The notes under the pieces: generated by a model
Database searches by the model: none
The model's input: the letters and a program-made list of their open reading frames with translations, nothing else
What the model was told of the DNA's origin: nothing
Program-made: the position numbers and the translations under genes
Virus record (IMG/VR): IMGVR_UViG_3300013121_000023
Span: 64,001-128,000 of that record
Source of the DNA: a virus
Taxonomy: Duplodnaviria > Caudoviricetes
Strand: one strand, 5' to 3'
DNA length: 64,000 bases
Shown: in pieces, positions 1-8,403 of the stretch
How the letters are laid out: every line of letters begins with the position of its first letter
Numbering within the stretch: position 1 is the first letter of the stretch

Positions 1-515
1 GGCTAGCTGGCACAGATGTAGGTATGATGGCAGCAGAGTCTCTATCTAGAGAGACTAGGATGAAAGCAGGCATCAAACGAGGTGGTGCCGAGTCTGCTGT
101 AGCATCTGAGCTTGGGCTAGACCTAAGTAAAGACGAGCTAGCTGCTCTTAAAGGAATGAAGAGCAGCGAGGCTTCGGCCATGCTTCAAAGAAAACTTGGC
201 ATACAAGATGAGACCTTCGGTAATGAGCTATCAAAGTCTCTACATGATGCGCGTCGCGGTAAAGTTGGCAAAGCAGGAGATGAACTTGTACGTGGCATAG
301 CCCAATCTCCAGAAGCTCAGAAGAAGATAGCCGAGGAAAAAGAAAAGAAAGCAGACGCAGCTGATCCACAAAGAGCTATGGCTAGGGATATAAAGGCCAT
401 GGCCGATGCTTTCAAGAAGCTTACCCCCGGTGCGGTTGGAGACGCCGTAGGTACCAGCCTAGGAGCTAAACTGGAATCCATGGGCGATAAGATTGCTCAG
501 GCGGTGAAGAAATGA
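1..515 (+). CDS. C-terminus of probable tail tape measure protein (5'-truncated)
   Basis: Frame open from the window start; helical Ala/Lys/Gly/Glu-rich sequence; upstream of baseplate genes. Confidence 0.5.
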   Translation, partial: LAGTDVGMMAAESLSRETRMKAGIKRGGAESAVASELGLDLSKDELAALKGMKSSEASAMLQRKLGIQDETFGNELSKSLHDARRGKVGKAGDELVRGIAQSPEAQKKIAEEKEKKADAADPQRAMARDIKAMADAFKKLTPGAVGDAVGTSLGAKLESMGDKIAQAVKK

Positions 516-784
516 AATCCAGACTGTTTATGGGAGTTACCCCAATAGTTCAGCCTGAAATATGCTCTGCCGAAAGAACCGAGCAGAGACGGGTGTTTCA
601 TAAAGGCGGCAAGAGGTATGATTTTGTCGTAAGGGACAAAATCTGTATAGAAGACTACTTGATGGTCTATATCAAGGGCATTCTATACGCAGTAGATACT
701 GGTGAGTCAGTTACTGTTCAAGTAGTACCAAAGAGCGTTAAGGACGCTCTTATAAAGTCCAACGTTATACCCAACGAGGTTTGA
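512..784 (+). CDS. hypothetical protein
   Basis: ORF coupled to the upstream gene by an ATGA overlap. Confidence 0.6.
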   Translation: MKSRLFMGVTPIVQPEICSAERTEQRRVFHKGGKRYDFVVRDKICIEDYLMVYIKGILYAVDTGESVTVQVVPKSVKDALIKSNVIPNEV

Positions 785-785
785 T

Positions 786-1149
786 ATGCCTTGTATAGAC
801 CTAAGCAAGACAGCTGCTCCTAGGTACGAAAAAGAAATATCTGCTGGAAATATATCTAGATCTGATGTTGCCCCAGGGGTATCCAGACGATGTTCATGCC
901 TACGCAGCCATGAAAAGAGTAGGTGGTACTCCATGGGCTCCCCCAGCTGTTGGTGGTAAACAGCATGCTGCTTTGGATAAAATTATGGAGAACTACACGC
1001 CTAATATAGCTACTAGAGAAAAGGAACTAACTAATCACATGCTGCATGGGATTACTTCTAATAGGTTGTCGCATATACCAACTGAAGTTCCAAATAACGC
1101 AAGAGGTGTTATTGACGTACTTAAATACTTGTACACAGGAAAGCGTTAA
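786..1149 (+). pseudogene. frameshifted K-x-A motif protein (786 frame joined to 865..1149 frame)
   Basis: ATG786 MPCIDLSKTAAPRYEKE...VAPG continues as YPDDVHAY if one G of the run in CCAGGGGTAT is skipped. Confidence 0.4.
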
Positions 1150-1153
1150 GTAG

Positions 1154-1612
1154 CTAAAAAGAGAGTACCCCTAATGAGGTACTCTCAAAAAATAAGTCGT
1201 CCCTGGAGACAATATCCTCCAGGGCTTGAGCTATATCATCATACTCTACCAACGGCAGCGACCTCCAGTCCTGCTCATCGACTGGAGGCACTGGGGTGTT
1301 TTCCCAGGCGCTCCAATATGTGCTCTTTGGGGCCGGAGCCCCAGTATCATTAAAAATCTCTAGCACGCACATTGCCCCGTCGGGCAACTCTCTAATAATG
1401 TTACGCAGTGCATTGTACTCGATTATGCAGCGGACTGCCCAGTAGAAATTTTCGCGATCATTATTATGCTTGCACGAATCCATCAATGTATCAATTCGAT
1501 TCGCTGACTCAATGTAGTGGCGCCTACGCAACCCCTCCACTAGGCAGTATTGCATAATCTCCAAAAACCAATTTACTTGACTGGGTTTTTTTATGGGGAC
1601 GATTTTTTTCAT
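1154..1612 (-). CDS. hypothetical protein, stand-alone leaderless cassette
   Basis: ATAAGA motif 6 nt before ATG; hairpin plus TTTTTAGCTAC at the 3' end. Confidence 0.7.
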   Translation of the reverse strand: MKKIVPIKKPSQVNWFLEIMQYCLVEGLRRRHYIESANRIDTLMDSCKHNNDRENFYWAVRCIIEYNALRNIIRELPDGAMCVLEIFNDTGAPAPKSTYWSAWENTPVPPVDEQDWRSLPLVEYDDIAQALEDIVSRDDLFFESTSLGVLSF

Positions 1613-1662
1613 CAATGCTCTTATGCCAGAAAAGTGCTATTTTTACGTTAGAAGGGTGACAC

Positions 1663-2934
1663 ATGCCTGTATTTTTCGAGCTAACAACATCGTCCTTTTC
1701 CAGCAACATGGATAGGTTCGCTGGCAACATGACTGGTGCGCGTAGAGCCGGAATAGCCTCCGTAAGGCGCCCACTACGTGGCCTTGAGATAAAAGAGGAC
1801 ACATATGCAGTACTCAAGGTCGTAAAGGCAGATGGGAGCGAGGTGCCTGTTGCCGACTCAGCTACCTTCAAGGGTACAGGTGTCAACTACGCCAACTTTC
1901 TTTTGCAGCAAGTTACCGAAACCAGAATAGAAAAGCAGCAGCTTATAGAAACCTTTGGTGCTGCTTATGTATTCTTTTACGGCGAACAGCCAAGGTTTCT
2001 GGATGTAGCTGCACTTCTTATGAATTCAGCTGACTTCAACTGGGCGGCTGAATGGTGGTACAACTACGAAAACTTTTGGAGAGGTACCAAGCTCGCTGAA
2101 ATGGGTGCTCGCGTATACCTTCTTTACGATGACAACATCGTTGAGGGTTACATGATGTCGTCCGCTGCTACTAGAGTGTCTGCGGAACAGCACATCATTC
2201 AACTACAGTGCCGACTGTTTGTAACCCAAGTTCGTAGCATCGCTGTAGTTGGAGACCCAAACTACCCGCTACCCGCAGCTACATACATACCTGAAGGCGT
2301 GGACCTAAGAGACCCGGCTTCAAATAGGCTGCTAGACTATCTGGCTGCTACACCAGACTATGAGCAGCTTCAACAAGAAGCAGCCATCATAGCCCCGAGA
2401 CCAGACCAATTCGCTAGCTACGGCACACTCGCCGACCTGGTTAGACGAGGACTCATATCTGCCCCTGGTTCAAGCCCAGATATAGAGTCATTCGTCAGAA
2501 ATGCCGCCGCAGCCGTATATAGCGATGGGTACGTACTCTCAGAAGACGAAAAACGATGGCTCCCATTGCGTTCTAGATACGTAGACAACGTTGATGAGTG
2601 GACCGGAGCACCGCCGTTTGAGGATGTTAATATAGGCGATGTTCCAGAGGTGGACGATGTAGTTAAGACGCTAGATGGCGCTTTTGATGATTTCGATCTA
2701 CCGAAGGCTACTCCCAAACAGTATAAAGAAATGGGAGTCATACCACCACCAGATGACCCGCCCGATGAGGAAGACGAAGATGATAAAAACAAAGGCGTCG
2801 GTATGGGTCCGCCCATTATTATTGAAAGAGATCCACCTAAAGGTGACGACTGGCCACCGGATGAGCAGAAGAACCCAACACCATTTGGTCTCGGCTCAAT
2901 AGATCCGAAAGGTAAGATTTTACCATGTCCATAG
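1663..2934 (+). CDS. tail/baseplate structural protein (tube-initiator-like N-terminus)
   Basis: FLLQQVTETRIEKQQLIETFGAAYVFFYGE resembles large-phage tail proteins; located between TMP and hub. Confidence 0.5.
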   Translation: MPVFFELTTSSFSSNMDRFAGNMTGARRAGIASVRRPLRGLEIKEDTYAVLKVVKADGSEVPVADSATFKGTGVNYANFLLQQVTETRIEKQQLIETFGAAYVFFYGEQPRFLDVAALLMNSADFNWAAEWWYNYENFWRGTKLAEMGARVYLLYDDNIVEGYMMSSAATRVSAEQHIIQLQCRLFVTQVRSIAVVGDPNYPLPAATYIPEGVDLRDPASNRLLDYLAATPDYEQLQQEAAIIAPRPDQFASYGTLADLVRRGLISAPGSSPDIESFVRNAAAAVYSDGYVLSEDEKRWLPLRSRYVDNVDEWTGAPPFEDVNIGDVPEVDDVVKTLDGAFDDFDLPKATPKQYKEMGVIPPPDDPPDEEDEDDKNKGVGMGPPIIIERDPPKGDDWPPDEQKNPTPFGLGSIDPKGKILPCP

Positions 2935-5900
2935 GCGCCGCCAAGAGACTCAGGCTGAGACTTTTCATTGAAGGAATAGAGCTACCAGTAATAGGTGCGT
3001 CCATTCAGTGTCAGCCAAACTCGCCTGTAATGGCTTCTTTGCAGGTGCCTCCCTTGTCAGAGGGTACGAAAGTACTGCCAAGAAGCCTTGTCCATTTGTT
3101 CTTTTACGATCTGTACGAGTACGAAAATCCAGTCGCTACTAGGAGAGGTAACCTGTTTAGAACCGATAAGGTTCAGTACGGACCAACGCCGTATCAGGTG
3201 TCTAGAAAAAAGCTGGCCGGTATCAAAGAGGTAGATACGCCTAGCGACCTAGACGACTTCGTAAACGATCAAAAGAACCAACACTTCAAGCTACTATTTG
3301 TAGGTGAGATAGTAGGTTTTTCGTGGCAGAAAACACCAAATGGTAGGGCTCTGGTGTATCAGTGCGCAGATCCTTCTATCTATTGGGATTATGCGTATCA
3401 ATTTAACAATACTGATTTGTTCGGTCCTGGCTACAAAGCTTTGTTTAGTGGAGGCTCTACAAACCTATTCACTGATTTCTTGGATGAACCCGGTGGTGTA
3501 ATAGCACACTTGATCCAATCACCGTCTACTCAGTATCCTAATTTGAAGGGTCTACTAGGCGGCGTGGTTCATCTATTGGAAGCAATGGGTGGTTCGTATT
3601 ATTACGAAAAGAAATACGCCGGCCAAAACATATTCTTTTCCATAGCAGAACTTCGTTTGCGCATAACGCAAATGATAACTGCGCTCGAAACCGATCCAAC
3701 CGGACAAAGACTTCTGAACGCAGGTGGTTTTGGAGACCTACTAGGCAGGTCACTAGGCAGTATCGGTTCTCAGGCTTCTTTTAGGTCTGCCATAAACATG
3801 CTGATGAAGCACATATTCCATGAGACCTATGGAATACCTACGCCTAGGTTTGTGCCAGGTACAGAGGGAACAATAACAGGCTTTGTAAGAAAGAAGCTAG
3901 CGGAAGATCCTAAGTACGGTTCTGTTCTTAGCACCGCTAGAAGCATACGAGATAGCATAGAGAGCGTAGTAGCTGCACTGGTAAGTAATTCAAAGACAGG
4001 TTCTGCCAAAGAACGAGATGATATCGTCCAGAGAATAAAGACGATGCAAACGACCTGTCAAAAGATGGCTACTCAGACGCAAGCTCTTGGGTTTAAGCCT
4101 GTCTCTGGTCTGTTTAGAACAAGTGGTACTGAGCTTGGTACCGTAGCTGTAAAGGTGAGAATAAACTGGAAGCCGGGTGTAGCTGAGCCAATAGTAAAAG
4201 ATCTCAGCGACCGTCTTCTACTTGTAAATGAAAAAATGAAGCAGGTAGAAGATTATGACATACCGGTTACGTCTAAAAAAGAAGCTAGACCAGCCAGATT
4301 GAATCAACAGATATTCAGACCGGATGTATGGTTTAGCGCACCTCCTATGTGTAACGTCATCTTTCCAGATCAATACTTTGATATGGGTTACAGCCGGGAG
4401 TTTCTGAAAGAACCGACTAGGCTTCTTCTGAAGACGCACGAAGAATTTTTCGGAGAAGATGAGCTTTTCGACAACTTTTACTTCGCACCAAAAGCGTTTG
4501 GTATAAAGACAGGGAAGAACGACCTATCTTCTATACTTCAGAACGACATCATGGCCCATGAGTTGTTTACTGGGATACTCCCAGTGTTCGAGAAGATGGG
4601 CGAGCTTAACATATTTGCTGCTAGGTCTGGTACGGTTAACGGAAAAACACCAAAAGTAGGTCTTGCACAGCGTTCTACTAACTTCATGTACTTCAAGCAT
4701 AGATTTGCTGCTAGGCAGCTGTCTCTGCAAGCTTTGTTTTTGCCTTATCTAGTTCCTGGCTTTCCAGCTGTGGTTCTAGACAAGTACGTAGACATAGACG
4801 CTATAGCTCAACAAAACCAAGTCAGAAAAGCTACAGGTAGAACGCAGCTATCGTATGCAGGAACGCATTTCCTAGGCAATCTAGAGAACGTGTCGTATCA
4901 GTGCAGCCAGTCAGACGGCGGTATTACGTCCATAACAATGACGTACGCTAGACAGCACGATGAGAGCGTGGAGTTCCTTGGAGCTATAGAAAATGATCAA
5001 CAGCTAAGAAAGCGTTTTGACCAAGACGCTCTTGGCAAAGCTACTGTTGGTTCCCTCACTGTTCCTAAGTTGGGTGCTTTGGGACCGAATTACGGGATCA
5101 TTGTGGAAGTGAGAGAGGTAACTTCCAGATTCAAACCAGCAGAAGACGGTACTGAGTTCTTCTTGCCTTTGTATACTGGCTCCAGAAGAAAGGGTCCGCC
5201 AACTACTGTGACCGTGCCTATAGATGCTCCTAAAGAAGCTCGTCTACTAGGTCCAGATGTAGTCGCTGCTGTCGGTGGTGATATGAACAAGATTGTTCGA
5301 TTCAAGGCGTACGAGCTTGTCGAACAGGTGCCTAAGTATAGGCGCGTTGAAGCAGACCTACCGGCAGAAGAGTACATACGTCCAGGTTGGTACGGAGATG
5401 TTTGGCACCCGTCTCAAATAGGCAATGCCTATGATGACTTCTTCAGATGTAGGGCCATTACAGACCCGCAGCAGGTATCTGACAGTGATGGTGCTAGTAC
5501 CGGCATACCTCAGCAAGATGCTATAGACGCTCTTGCAGAGGCAGCCAGTGGTTTTGAAGTAGAAGACGACCCAAAGAAAGAAGCACCGGCCATATTGGCT
5601 TTGGATAAGGGGGCTTCTGTTCAACAGGCAGTTGACTTCATAGTCACTACTTATTCTTACGCAAAACAAAACCAGATGGACTTGGACACGTTCATAACTG
5701 GTTATATATGGCGACCTGTAGCAACCATGCTCGACATGTTTGGTACTTACGATTTGGCTCTAGACGCCGAAGGTAAAAATGTTGTCTCTGGAGTAGAGGG
5801 TTTTCACTCCAGAGCCTTTGGTCAATACGAAGACTTGTTTGGCTTGGTTACCGCAGATATAGAAAGTGTGCTGGGTATACGAAGGGGCTCAGACAAGTCA

Positions 5901-5987
5901 GCGAAGATGGATACGCGAAAGCGTAAATGGCTCGCTGTCAAAACATTTCGCGATTCTCTTGACTTGGGAGCTTCATTGATAGGATAA
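2925..5987 (+). CDS. putative baseplate hub protein
   Basis: 1020 aa; N-terminal RLFIEGIELPV and LFVGEIVGFSW strands plus PYLVPGFPAVV; gene context. Confidence 0.5.
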   Translation: MSIGAAKRLRLRLFIEGIELPVIGASIQCQPNSPVMASLQVPPLSEGTKVLPRSLVHLFFYDLYEYENPVATRRGNLFRTDKVQYGPTPYQVSRKKLAGIKEVDTPSDLDDFVNDQKNQHFKLLFVGEIVGFSWQKTPNGRALVYQCADPSIYWDYAYQFNNTDLFGPGYKALFSGGSTNLFTDFLDEPGGVIAHLIQSPSTQYPNLKGLLGGVVHLLEAMGGSYYYEKKYAGQNIFFSIAELRLRITQMITALETDPTGQRLLNAGGFGDLLGRSLGSIGSQASFRSAINMLMKHIFHETYGIPTPRFVPGTEGTITGFVRKKLAEDPKYGSVLSTARSIRDSIESVVAALVSNSKTGSAKERDDIVQRIKTMQTTCQKMATQTQALGFKPVSGLFRTSGTELGTVAVKVRINWKPGVAEPIVKDLSDRLLLVNEKMKQVEDYDIPVTSKKEARPARLNQQIFRPDVWFSAPPMCNVIFPDQYFDMGYSREFLKEPTRLLLKTHEEFFGEDELFDNFYFAPKAFGIKTGKNDLSSILQNDIMAHELFTGILPVFEKMGELNIFAARSGTVNGKTPKVGLAQRSTNFMYFKHRFAARQLSLQALFLPYLVPGFPAVVLDKYVDIDAIAQQNQVRKATGRTQLSYAGTHFLGNLENVSYQCSQSDGGITSITMTYARQHDESVEFLGAIENDQQLRKRFDQDALGKATVGSLTVPKLGALGPNYGIIVEVREVTSRFKPAEDGTEFFLPLYTGSRRKGPPTTVTVPIDAPKEARLLGPDVVAAVGGDMNKIVRFKAYELVEQVPKYRRVEADLPAEEYIRPGWYGDVWHPSQIGNAYDDFFRCRAITDPQQVSDSDGASTGIPQQDAIDALAEAASGFEVEDDPKKEAPAILALDKGASVQQAVDFIVTTYSYAKQNQMDLDTFITGYIWRPVATMLDMFGTYDLALDAEGKNVVSGVEGFHSRAFGQYEDLFGLVTADIESVLGIRRGSDKSAKMDTRKRKWLAVKTFRDSLDLGASLIG

Positions 5988-6329
5988 GTGAAGATGAACG
6001 TGTACCCTACTGTTGTGGATACAAGCTCCTTTTACAGGTCTTTTATGGAAGAGTTCTCAAAGCTCGCGGCTAGTAAAGACTTTGCACGAGCTTTGTTTCA
6101 GGTATCTTCCAAAGTAAGAAGTGGAAAGACGCCCATATCCATAGCAAACTTGATCAAAAAGGCTGCCACCGGACCAAAGAAGCAGCCCTGGGAGCCACCA
6201 AGCCCAGAAGATGGTGTAGAAGCTCCTAAAACAGACGAAAGACGGCTGTTTACTCATCTGGGAGCTGGTACAGGTCAACTCAATAGGCAGGAACAGGCTA
6301 TGACAGCCAATACGGAGTGGTGGACATGA
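5988..6329 (+). CDS. K-x-A motif protein (putative internal head protein)
   Basis: FMEEFSKLAA, LIKKAA. Confidence 0.5.
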   Translation: MKMNVYPTVVDTSSFYRSFMEEFSKLAASKDFARALFQVSSKVRSGKTPISIANLIKKAATGPKKQPWEPPSPEDGVEAPKTDERRLFTHLGAGTGQLNRQEQAMTANTEWWT

Positions 6330-7141
6330 CTACGATCGCTATCGAAAAGATTGCCAGAGATTCTTTTTACGCCGAGCTGACCAAAATAGCTCAGGACCAT
6401 AACGACGACTCAGTTATCAAGATTGCATCCATGCTTGATGCTGATTCTGTCGAAAGTCTCATCAAGCAGGCTTTTTTTGGTCAAGCTGCAAGTGGTCTCA
6501 AAAATGTAGCTTCGAGAGCAGGTGGTCTTTGGGACAATGCTAAGTCATGGCTACAGAGGGGTGCTTCGGCCGTTAGAGGCAACCCAGCCGTTCCAATGGA
6601 AAGCGCATTCAGCCAGTATGTTAAAGACCCACTTGCGGCAGCTGGTAGAAGCATGGGTGAGAGTATCGGTCATCTTAGAAGAGGTGACCAGCTAGCCCCT
6701 GAAATGAAGCAGCTAGGTAATAGAGTTACGCGCATAGAGAGCAATCCAGCCGCTACTTTGCAGCATGTATTCCCAGGTACGTTGGCAGACAGAAAGAATC
6801 TTCTAGATTCTGGGCTAGCCGGAATACGAGCTGATTTGGCAAGAGCTGGTGTTCATCTGCCTGATGCTAGTGGAGCTTACAACGTAGGCGCACCAGGTAA
6901 CAGGAGAGTAACTTCGCACGATACAGGTTATCCTGTAGACCAGCTTTTGCAGCGCCACGGACACGTAGTTCCAAGTAGCGCTTACGCTGCTGGTTTGAAC
7001 GCAGACATGCCAAATATAATTCATCAAGCTGGACTCAGAAGTGCACCCAAAACAGTTCCAGGGTATGAGTCTCCTCTTCCTCCAGGGTTGCTAGCGCAAA
7101 TGCAGCAAACACCGAGAGAAGAGTGGGGTAGATATTTTTGA
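6326..7141 (+). CDS. K-x-A motif protein (putative internal head protein)
   Basis: IEKIAR, FYAELTKIAQ, VIKIAS, LIKQAF; Gly/Ala-rich. Confidence 0.55.
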   Translation: MTTIAIEKIARDSFYAELTKIAQDHNDDSVIKIASMLDADSVESLIKQAFFGQAASGLKNVASRAGGLWDNAKSWLQRGASAVRGNPAVPMESAFSQYVKDPLAAAGRSMGESIGHLRRGDQLAPEMKQLGNRVTRIESNPAATLQHVFPGTLADRKNLLDSGLAGIRADLARAGVHLPDASGAYNVGAPGNRRVTSHDTGYPVDQLLQRHGHVVPSSAYAAGLNADMPNIIHQAGLRSAPKTVPGYESPLPPGLLAQMQQTPREEWGRYF

Positions 7142-7165
7142 TGTTAGACACAGCGGTTTACTCCC

Positions 7166-7876
7166 ATGGCTTCAGGTGGCGTTATGGTTACTAAGGCAGC
7201 AACGGTACTAACTCAGGATGCTAGGGATGATCTTAAAAAGAGGGAGTTTGCTATACCTTCTAGAAGGGCATATCCCATACATGATGAGACACATGCTAGG
7301 GCTGCCCTTTCCATGGTAGCCAAGCATGGGACACCTGAAGAAAAGTCTCAGGTGCATGCCGCAGTAGCAAAGAAGTACCCAGGACTAGCTGCCAGGTCTT
7401 CTGTAGAGGATGTACGTGAGAAGGTGAAGAGGGCCAACATGATGAATGGCGGTTCTTATGGACCTTCTCACGATGCTACGGGCCTTGGCAGCAGTGGACC
7501 AAAGATGTCTGCTACTGTAAATCCATCGAATATAAGCGTCGCTTCACCTCCTAAAGTGGCTTCAGTTCTTGCCGAAAACATGGCTAAAGGACTGACTGCT
7601 CTAAAAGGAGGCGGTAGGGGCGTTCTAGAGCATTTGGATAGAAATGCCATCAACTACGACCTTGCTGGTCTTGGTATGCTGGCAGCGCTGCCTGTAGATG
7701 AGATACAGGCTAAGCTGAGAACGGCGCAGGGGGAAGATCCTGAACAGCATAGGTTCCTTCACGATGCTGCTCATCCAGCAGTGGATTTCGCTGGGCTTGC
7801 TACGCTGGCAGCCCCTGGAATAGCCACTAAACTACTTGGTAAAGCAGGTCATTTATGTACGAAAGAGCTAAGCTAG
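7166..7876 (+). CDS. DUF6582-like domain protein with K-x-A motifs
   Basis: LTQDARDDLKKREFAIPSRRAYPIHDETHARAAL resembles the DUF6582 pattern. Confidence 0.6.
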   Translation: MASGGVMVTKAATVLTQDARDDLKKREFAIPSRRAYPIHDETHARAALSMVAKHGTPEEKSQVHAAVAKKYPGLAARSSVEDVREKVKRANMMNGGSYGPSHDATGLGSSGPKMSATVNPSNISVASPPKVASVLAENMAKGLTALKGGGRGVLEHLDRNAINYDLAGLGMLAALPVDEIQAKLRTAQGEDPEQHRFLHDAAHPAVDFAGLATLAAPGIATKLLGKAGHLCTKELS

Positions 7877-8400
7877 CTACAGTAGATGACCTAGAGAGAG
7901 CGTCTAGGGCAGCCGAAAAGCTAGAAGACATACAAAAGTCAAAGCCTTCTATAAGTGAGATGGCTTCTTTTGCAGGTCTTGGTGGTGGAGCTAACTTGGC
8001 TTCTGACGTGCTCGGATCTTTGATGAGCGGAAGAGAGCTGTTTGAGCCACCTATGAGAGGCGGGCAGCCCATACATAAATCACCAGCTGTTGGCAGGCTC
8101 AGAACAGCTGCTACCGCTGCCGGCAAAGGTATGATTATGTCGGCGGCAGTTCCTCTTCTGCAAGATGCGATAAAGAGAAAATCCGCTGAGATAAAACTCA
8201 GAGAAGCTCTGGACGCATACAAAGATCAAATGACAGAGCAACCTGCTAAGTTGGGGTTCTCTCCAGCTACACAGCTAAGTAAGAGTCAGCGTATGCCGCT
8301 CAAGGGCGGTGCAGTTGGCCCCAGTATATCCGAGCAGTTCAAACCAAAAGGACTCGGTACTGGCAAGCCTATGACGATAGCCACCAACACAACGGATTAA
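7855..8400 (+). CDS. K-x-A motif protein (putative internal head protein)
   Basis: RAKLAT, PAKLG; Gly/Ala-rich helices. Confidence 0.5.
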   Translation: MYERAKLATVDDLERASRAAEKLEDIQKSKPSISEMASFAGLGGGANLASDVLGSLMSGRELFEPPMRGGQPIHKSPAVGRLRTAATAAGKGMIMSAAVPLLQDAIKRKSAEIKLREALDAYKDQMTEQPAKLGFSPATQLSKSQRMPLKGGAVGPSISEQFKPKGLGTGKPMTIATNTTD

Positions 8401-8403
8401 GTC

